Shown here: positions 56,557-64,000 of the stretch, one piece after another
Layout: every line of letters starts with the position of its first letter
Position numbering within the stretch: position 1 is the first letter of the stretch
Assembly: GCA_950097015.1 (NCBI GenBank)
Contig: CATNEN010000038.1
Location: 2,356,001-2,420,000, forward strand
Length of the DNA: 64,000 nt
From: Macrostomum hystrix
Lineage: Eukaryota > Animalia > Platyhelminthes
Reading direction: 5' to 3'
Notes under the pieces: generated by a model
What the model was told of the DNA's origin: nothing
Seen by the model: only the letters and a program-made list of their open reading frames with translations
Database searches by the model: none
Position numbers and translations under genes: made by a program

Positions 56557-57617
56557 GGCGCCTTTGCGGGTTTCCAAACGAAACTTTTGACGTTTTTCGA
56601 CGGATCTTTGCTGGTTTGCATTGGGTTAAGTTTTACAGTTTGCGTTTTTGTACAGTTCACAAGCATAACTGTTGGTGCTAGATCCGCGAGGCTCTAAAAT
56701 TATTTTTTCTCCATTCTCTCTCTACTCTTGCCTGTCCATCTCTGCTCTTTTCCCGCACTACCTCTCCATCTTCACTGCATGCACGTCGAGCAATCTTTCT
56801 CTGTCTGTCTATCATCTTGGCCTTTGTGCTCGTGACTATAGACCAACGGCTTTAGTTTGCTTTAGTTTAGCCCATGGGTGTTTTATATCTTGTTGTCGTT
56901 ATTGTTGACTGTTTATGGAATTTAATAACTTTATGAACCAATGAATGCCTATGTAAATAGGTATGGTAATTTTAATCAGGTAATCAAGTATGAAAAATGA
57001 TGGGCTGTGCAATGGGGTTTGGTAATTTGGCACAATAGGACTTTTATTTCCAACTGTATCATTGCACAATGATATTGAGACATTTTATCCCTGTTATTGT
57101 CGGTGGGATAAAATGTCAAAAATGTCTACAAATGTAAACAATCTACATGAGATTTATAATCCCTCTACTTTGTATTTTCAATGCTTGCTAACCTTAAGTT
57201 AGATTAAAACATTGTTTGAAGTGACGTATTGGGAAGATAAATAACGCTGAATTGCCTATTATGCTACGGATTATACGGAATAAAACAAAGCATTTCGTGA
57301 ATGTCGAGGCATACTGTAGTAGTGCTTTTACTTACAATTGCTTAATAAGATTCTACAGTACAATCTAAGGGGCAAATTGTAAATTTTAGATTTACAATCT
57401 AAAAAGCGAATATAAATTACTTAGCTAGCTTCTTTGTTGAGAACAAAGCTGATAATTAGTGATTAAGGCAACTTCAGGTAAAGCTGGTTTGAAGAGTTAA
57501 GACACCATGATCTCGCTTGGCACACATGAAATGGAGTAAAAGTCGCGATAGTTGATTTATCAGGCACAGTTTCAATATTTTGAGTAGCTTGAGTAAAAAC
57601 GAGTCATGTGACTTTGA

Positions 57618-58085
57618 TCACAGCTTGGTGACAATTTCATTCTCATCGGTGGAGACTCCACTAGAAGCTGCTGTGACAGCGCTGAGCTCCCTCGTGGAAA
57701 CGGCGGCGTTCACGCCGACAACACGGGCGGACACAGCGGCATCCATGCAAGGTACACGGGCGGACACTGCGGCATCCACACTGGACTCATTGGCGGCTGA
57801 GCCAGCTGACAAGCTCCTGATCGGACCGAGGGACACCGTGGACGCAATCGGCGAGTCTCGATTCGAGCTCGATCCGTTGCTGGGCTGGATCGGGTTGCTC
57901 TCGATTGAATCGATCGACAGGTGAGTCTCGCGGAAATCCACGAGTGTCTGACGCGAATCTTGAGACAGAAAAGAGTTCGCAAAGCCGCTGTCGCTGGGCC
58001 TTCGGGAACTATTTCGAAGCTGCACTTCACTGTCGTGAAGGCCGACCTCGCTTGAATCCGACAATGAATTAGAAGCCGTGTCCAT
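57618..58085 (-). CDS. Orphan family member 2 (Ser-rich, DSGFANS, C-terminal TKL)
   Basis: GC-rich ORF whose end DENEIVTKL resembles EENEVTEL of member 1. Confidence 0.55.
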   Translation of the reverse strand: MDTASNSLSDSSEVGLHDSEVQLRNSSRRPSDSGFANSFLSQDSRQTLVDFRETHLSIDSIESNPIQPSNGSSSNRDSPIASTVSLGPIRSLSAGSAANESSVDAAVSARVPCMDAAVSARVVGVNAAVSTRELSAVTAASSGVSTDENEIVTKL

Positions 58086-58908
58086 GGAGCAGCGTGCAGA
58101 GCTCAAATATAACTCTAATGTTGTTGTCTACTGGAAAGCACTCATGTGTGATTATCAGCGCTAACCATGGGCTGTCCCATTTGCATAGTACTTGGCTATA
58201 AAATATGCAGCAGGTGCTGCCTCAATTCATCCTGTTTACTTAGTAATATATAAATAAAATTGAATAATAATGCCTGAGAAAACAAAGCTTCTTAGCTCAA
58301 GGACTTCTAAAAATATATAACTTAATGCAGTTAGCGATGGTTAGAATCGTCCAGCTGTGCATCTCATGCTTGTGTTTTGCTAAGCTCGCCCAAGCTGCTC
58401 ATACTGCTAACACCTGCATCCCTCTCCAAGTTAATCTGGAGGTGTCGAATAACCTCGCTGTTTAAGCACCCATGTTACAATTTAGTGTACAGTTCTCTCC
58501 CAGCTGGGCAGACAGATAGACAGATAGTCACAACTACGCTTCATAATCGATAGCCTCACGAGCCTCCTCGTATAGTTCTTTGAATTAGTTCTCAACTAAC
58601 TAAAAATACAGTAGAAAATCGATTTAATTTCTGCGCATGCATATATAGAAATATCTATATGTTTATGAATAACCAACAAAAGATTGCATAGATGTGTGGC
58701 GAAATGAAAATCTATAAGAAATAAAAAATAGTATTGTATTTATGGTGCATTTTGCATTCGAATGAATTCTACGCATCTACGATACCTATATGTAAAAATG
58801 AAAAAGACTGGAGACACAATTGATGATTATTTTTTACACGAATGATCAGTTTTTCACGGTGTTGCTGGACTGCTTGCTAACCACTCAGCAAGCGAGCACT
58901 TCTTAGGC

Positions 58909-59762
58909 TCAAAGGTGCGACCACTCCGGCTCCTCTTCGTCGCCCTCGGTTTCTTCGGCGAGCAAGTCGGCGCTGTTGTTGCGACTGATGACAACTTCAA
59001 CGCGGATGTTGACATCTACAGACCATCGCCGGCCATTAGCATCGTTGGCATCGTTTGAGCCGCGATTTGCTCCGCCTCCGGTGGAGCTTCGGCGAGACGG
59101 CGGACGTGCCGGAGGCTGCGGCGGTTGCGGAGGCTCGTAAGGCGGAGGCGGAGGAGGCGGTGGTCCGTCGGAGCCGTTGATGATGATCTCATTGGCCTGC
59201 TGGATGCCGACGCTGCCAGGCTGCGTAAGCTCCACATAGGGCAACATTTCTGCTGAAAAGCGCTGAATCATAGACTCCAACCCGCTGTCGGCTCCCGCCC
59301 TGTCAGCGGCCGGATCCTCAGCTGCACATTCCAGGCGTCTTCAACGGGGTTCGGGCAGCGGTAGCTCCCAGCGTTGATGCTATTCTGAAGCGCTTCGGAA
59401 ACCAGTTTCTCGACTGTCTCTGTCGGGTCAGCGGTCAGCAGAAGAATATGCTCTTTGCAGAGCCGAGCGAATCTCTTCAACACGTACTCGATCAGTTCGT
59501 TGGAGGCCCATAGCTGCTGTAGAAGAATTAAGATTGTGGCTAGCTGGAACAGAAGCTGCAAGCTGTGCTCAGAGAAACCGTTTGTCTGGCCGCCTGCCTC
59601 CTGCTGCACTTGAGTTCGCCTGCTCAGTAGCTCCTTGATGTTTTTAACTTTCTGCTGCCTGACAATGAAGGATTCCAGAGCCTGAATCAGACTAGGATCC
59701 TGATTATGAACGCTGAGCCGCGTCAGCTTCTCCAGTTGTCTAAGGTCAGGTTCTGTAGCCAT
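58909..59762 (-). CDS. Orphan family member 3, split by a one-base frameshift near 59342
   Basis: The N-domain aligns with member 1. The second frame is open from ~59341 and reads RRLE..DSGLESMIQ, matching RRRNLQRAIDSGLGRSSLIQ. Confidence 0.65.
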
Positions 59763-60229
59763 GCGCTTGCTGATGATGATGTCTGCTTATGGCGAATAAT
59801 TGCTAAGGCATTACTAAACATTTTATAATATGAGCTATATAATGTTCTTATGCCGAATAGTTAAAGTTTCAAAGAACCGATTGATGCAAGTTAGATTGTG
59901 CCTGTGTGTAGTTTCTTTTATTTTCATTGTCGACAGCATTTGAGATTCCGAATTTTGATCAGCAGAATTCTAAATGCGAGTGATGTGCTGTAGTCTGCTG
60001 AGCAGCCTCCAGGCAATCTGTGGAGTCAGCGCTGCCCTGGTGCTGTGGGTGGGCTTGGGAGTAGGTCTGCGGTTTCCCGTGCACACTCACCTCCGCTCGT
60101 CACCCCCTCCTCTTTCTCTCTCTCGTTCCAGCTCTGTCTGCGCACTGACTCATATTGCACGCCATGGTGCAATCGCTTCGGTTCGGAGGAAGACTGGCAG
60201 AACATCGCTCAAATGCTCCTACTATAAGT

Positions 60230-61766
60230 AGAGCACAGTCCGACGTGTGAGAGATACAATTCAGACTACTGACAACAGTCAGGTCTCGGTCTGCCAGCGC
60301 GAGGTTCGTTCCAGGGAGACGTATGCCTCCAAGGCCAAGCGGGAGCCTGCCCAGCCGGCCATCATCGTGGTCGGCGAGGAACAGGACCTATCGGACGAGC
60401 AGCTCAAGAGCATGCTCAAAACAATCGACGAGGGCCTCACGGACTTGGCACTGGCAGGGACACCAGTCAGCATTGTCAGGTCTGAAGCGCAGAAGGGGGC
60501 TGTCCTCGTCTGGTGAAAATCGGCGGGGGATAGCCGTCTCCTGCGCGAGCGAATCAAAGATTTTAAGTGGGGCACTGATGTCGGAAGACTGAGGTGCACC
60601 ACTGAGTCTGAGCGTCCGCAAACCCGACGCCATCGTGTCTGGGTGCCCGACGCCTGCTCTATCCGGTCCGGGGACCAACTTCGGCAACTGCTGCTGAGGA
60701 TGAACCCGGACCTTCCAGCCTTCGAGCTGATCTGCCACGAAACCGTCCGCAAAGAAGCGGAGGGTTTCACGGCGATCTACGGCTTCTCTGAAGCCTGGTC
60801 CAAAAGGATCCCTCACAAAAGCGTCATCACAAAACCGGAACTCTACCCGCTGACCATCCTGGATTGCTAGGAGAGGAAGGCCGGGGAGGGACCGGAGAAC
60901 AAGCGGGCCGCTCCTTGCTCTGGGGCGAAAGCTCCGCCAGCTAAGAGGCACGCGACGTCCGCGGACCCCCGCCCAAGCAAGGATATCCGCCTCGCAGAAT
61001 CCGGCCCGCGCGATCGCAAACCAGCCCGTAACAACCGCAAATCGGGCCTGCATGGTCTTGCGTGTGCTCAGCGAATCCCGGGCGCTCAGAGAGCACCTGG
61101 AGCGTACCCGCGCTGCGAAAGCACAAACCTCCCCCCTCCTAGCCAGCCGCAGAGTGCCGGGACCCACGGAGCGGCGGCCACCGACGACGGGTCTGAGGAT
61201 CCCCCTCACCGGAAGGAGGCTGCCATCCACACGGACCCGACCCCCGAGGGTGAGGCATCGAGTGATGGCAGCGACCGTTGTGGGGTGGAGCGGCCGGGAC
61301 ACGCAGCGGTCAGAGCAGCAGCTCTCCGCAACAATCCCCACCGTTCCCTCCGCGGTGGATGCGGGCGCGCCGACACTCATGGAGGTCTGCAGCCCGACCC
61401 CCTCCGAGAAGGACGAGGCTCCCGTTAGACAATGAATAGTCTGACTGGAACCACCTGCCTGCTGGTTAACCTGCAACACTGCATAGCTGCATCTGTCAAT
61501 CTGGTGCGCTATGTCGAACTCAACACGCCGGGTCTCATCCTCATCCAGGAGCCGTGGACTCACAGAGGTAAGCCTCAAAATGTACCCAATGGGTATCACT
61601 GTTTCTACAACAGCCCTCACCGGGAGAACCAAACTCCCAGGGCGTGTATCTTCGTGAGAGACTCCCTTAACGCCTGGCACAGACCCGACCTCTCTGATAG
61701 GGATACCAGTGTCATCCAGTCGCAGAGTATCCTCCGGGAAAGACCGTCTTTATCGCTACAACAGGA
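60230..61766 (+). mobile_element. 5' portion of a LOA/R1-group non-LTR retrotransposon (ORF1 remnant and APE start)
   Basis: ORF2 start LVNLQHCIAAS..LILIQEPW..PRACIFVR (APE endonuclease). ORF1 has in-frame stops and KW..L..RVWVP..LL.MNPDL, resembling DUF4780. Truncated before RT. Confidence 0.82.
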
Positions 61767-63076
61767 TAGGATGCAACCTCACCACTAGGTTGCAACCTCA
61801 CCACTAGGATGCAACCTCACCACTAGGATACAACCTCACCACTAGGATACAATCTCACCACTAGGATGCAACCTCACCACTAGGATACAACCTCACCACT
61901 AGGATACAACCTCACCACTAGGATACAACCTCACTACTAGGATACAACCTCACTACTAGGATACGACCTCACTACTAGGATTCAATCTCACTACTAGGAT
62001 ACAATCTCACCACTAGGATGCAACCTCACCACTAGGATACAACCTCACCACTAGGATACAATCTCACTACTAGGATACAACCTCACTACTAGGATACAAC
62101 CTCACTACTAGGATGCAACCTCACCACTAGGATACAATCTCACCACTAGGATGCAACCTCACCACTAGGATACAACCTCACCACTAGGATACAACCTCAC
62201 CACTAGGATACAATCTCACCACTAGGATACAATCTCACCACTAGGATGCAACCTCACCACTAGGATACAACCTCACCACTAGGATACAACCTCACCACTA
62301 GGATACAACCTCACCACTAGGATTCAATCTCACTACTAGGATACAATCTCACCACTAGGATGCAACCTCACCACTAGGATACAACCTCACCACTAGGATA
62401 CAACCTCACCACTAGGATACAACCTCACCACTAGGATGCAACCTCACCACTAGGATACAACCTCACCACTAGGATACAACCTCACCACTAGGATACAACC
62501 TCACTACTAGGATACGACCTCACTACTAGGATTCAATCTCACTACTAGGATACAATCTCACCACTAGGATGCAACCTCACCACTAGGATACAACCTCACC
62601 ACTAGGATGCAACCTCACCACTAGGATGCAACCTCCCACTAGGATACAACCTCACCACTAGGATGCAACCTCACCACTAGGATGCAACCTCACCACAAGG
62701 ATGCAACCTCACCACTGGGATACAACCTCACCACTAGGATACAACCTCACCACTAGGTTGCAACCTCACCACTAGGATGCTACCTAACCACTAGGATGCA
62801 ACCTCACCACTAGGATGCAACCTCACCACTAGGATGCAACCTCACCACTAGGATGCAATCTCACCACTAGGATGCAACCTCACCACTAGGATGCAACCTC
62901 ACCACTAGGATACAACCTCACCACTAGGATGCAACCTCACCACTAGGATACAACCTCACCACTAGGATACAACCTCACCACTAGGATGCAACCTCACCAC
63001 TAGGATACAACCTCACCACTAGGATACAACCTCACCACTAGGATGCAACCTCACCACTAGGATGCAACCTCACCAC
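61767..63076. repeat. 19-bp minisatellite (TAGGAT(A/G)CAACCTCACCAC), ~69 copies
   Basis: 1.3-kb tandem array beginning inside LINE ORF2. Confidence 0.97.
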
Positions 63077-63529
63077 CACTTGATCCTTGAATTGCAAGTT
63101 GAGATAAAAATAATGAAATATGAAAATGAAAAACTGTTGAATATTGATCAGAAAAATTTCTTCTTTTAGCATTCATCATAATACACACCAGCATTATATC
63201 GTCGCTACTTTCAAGTTAAGCTATGAATACAGAAGGACAGGGCAAAGAGGTTTGAATTGGGCGCTCGCTTATTTGATTGGGCGACCACATTTTTGTCTTG
63301 ACCGGCGCAACCTCGGTTGGCTGCGAATTTTTAAAACCATTGAAATCTAATTTCCGAGGGAATTCCTATTTACTTACGCCGATGTATAGTTATATTCAGT
63401 GCAATGACAAACACAAAGATTGTTGTTCTCTTCTGCACTGTTTCACTGCTGTACATTGGTTGGTACTTCGATATTCCGATAAATCAACTTCAAGCCCTGT
63501 GCGACAATGTTTGCCGATTTAGTCAGCAG

Positions 63530-64000
63530 AAAGGGGGCCCTCAGGCGGAGACGTCTAAATGCGAGAGTCTAAAAAGCGTGAAGGAGAAACACGAGGACCC
63601 ATTGAGGGCGGGCAGAACGGTGACGCCGATCATCCACCAGAGCTGGAAGAGTCGCCGACTGCCCACGAAGCGAGCGGAGCGATGGAGCGCCAGCTGGCGG
63701 ACCTGCTTCCCGCACTGGGAGTGGCGACTGTGGACCGACGAGGACAACCTGGCTCTGGTGCGGGACCACTACCCCTGGTTCCTGCCCGTGTACCTCAGCT
63801 TCAGCAAGCCGGTGGAGAGGGCGGACCTGGCCAGGTACTTTTACATGTTCCACTTCGGAGGCGTGTACACCGACCTCGACAATGTGTGCGTGAAGAACTT
63901 TGAGCACCTGCTCAACTCCACCGGACTGCTGTTCGGCGGCATGGACGGCCTGAACGATGGAGACCCCCTGCTGCACACCTACGTGCAGAACTCGTTCATG
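63530..64000 (+). CDS. GT32 / DXD-motif glycosyltransferase exon (SUR1/OCH1-like), runs off the window end
   Basis: A frame absent from the ORF track, starting after the CAG acceptor at 63529: PIIHQSWK..SWRTCFPHWEWRLWTDED..YPWFL..ERADLARYFYMFHFGGVYTDLD..VQNSFM. Confidence 0.9.

Noticed and set aside
60388-61680. 430-aa minus-strand ORF
   Set aside because: It is antisense to the GC-rich LINE ORF1/ORF2 and has no domain features.
63559-63903. 114-aa + strand ORF from the track
   Set aside because: Wrong frame; the overlapping frame encodes the GT32 domain.

Overview
Intron-containing animal (invertebrate) genomic DNA. It has AT-rich spacers, GC-rich exons, CAG/polyQ tracts and many 17-39 bp minisatellites. 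This style is reminiscent of a free-living flatworm such as Macrostomum, which is inference only. From left to right the window holds: the 5' part of an AP-3 mu subunit gene (minus strand); a decayed RTE-like LINE; a 7-exon mitochondrial Hsp70 gene (HSPA9) with a four-unit heat-shock element, a nested FLYWCH-MULE stack in intron 1 and five box C/D snoRNA candidates in introns 2-5; a 3-exon LRR gene; several orphan ORFs, including a long Gln-rich repeat ORF; and two intronless alkaline phosphatase paralogues that are nearly identical over their 5' ~1 kb but diverged at the 3' end (one secreted-type, one GPI-type). Between the two phosphatases lies a 9.3-kb Polinton/Maverick-type element with AGTAGT termini, ~281-bp TIRs and a perfect 6-bp TSD. 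It keeps an apparently spliced protein-primed PolB, a double-PC4 gene and a Cys/His ORF, but no recognisable integrase, ATPase, protease or capsid. Further right are a trio of orphan genes sharing a DSG-type beta-TrCP degron and a C-terminal S/T-x-L motif, a truncated LOA-like LINE, and the start of a GT32 glycosyltransferase exon. The strongest leads are the minimal spliced Polinton, the intronic snoRNA cluster, the half-homogenised phosphatase pair and the degron-bearing orphan family. All calls are by eye; no searches were run.
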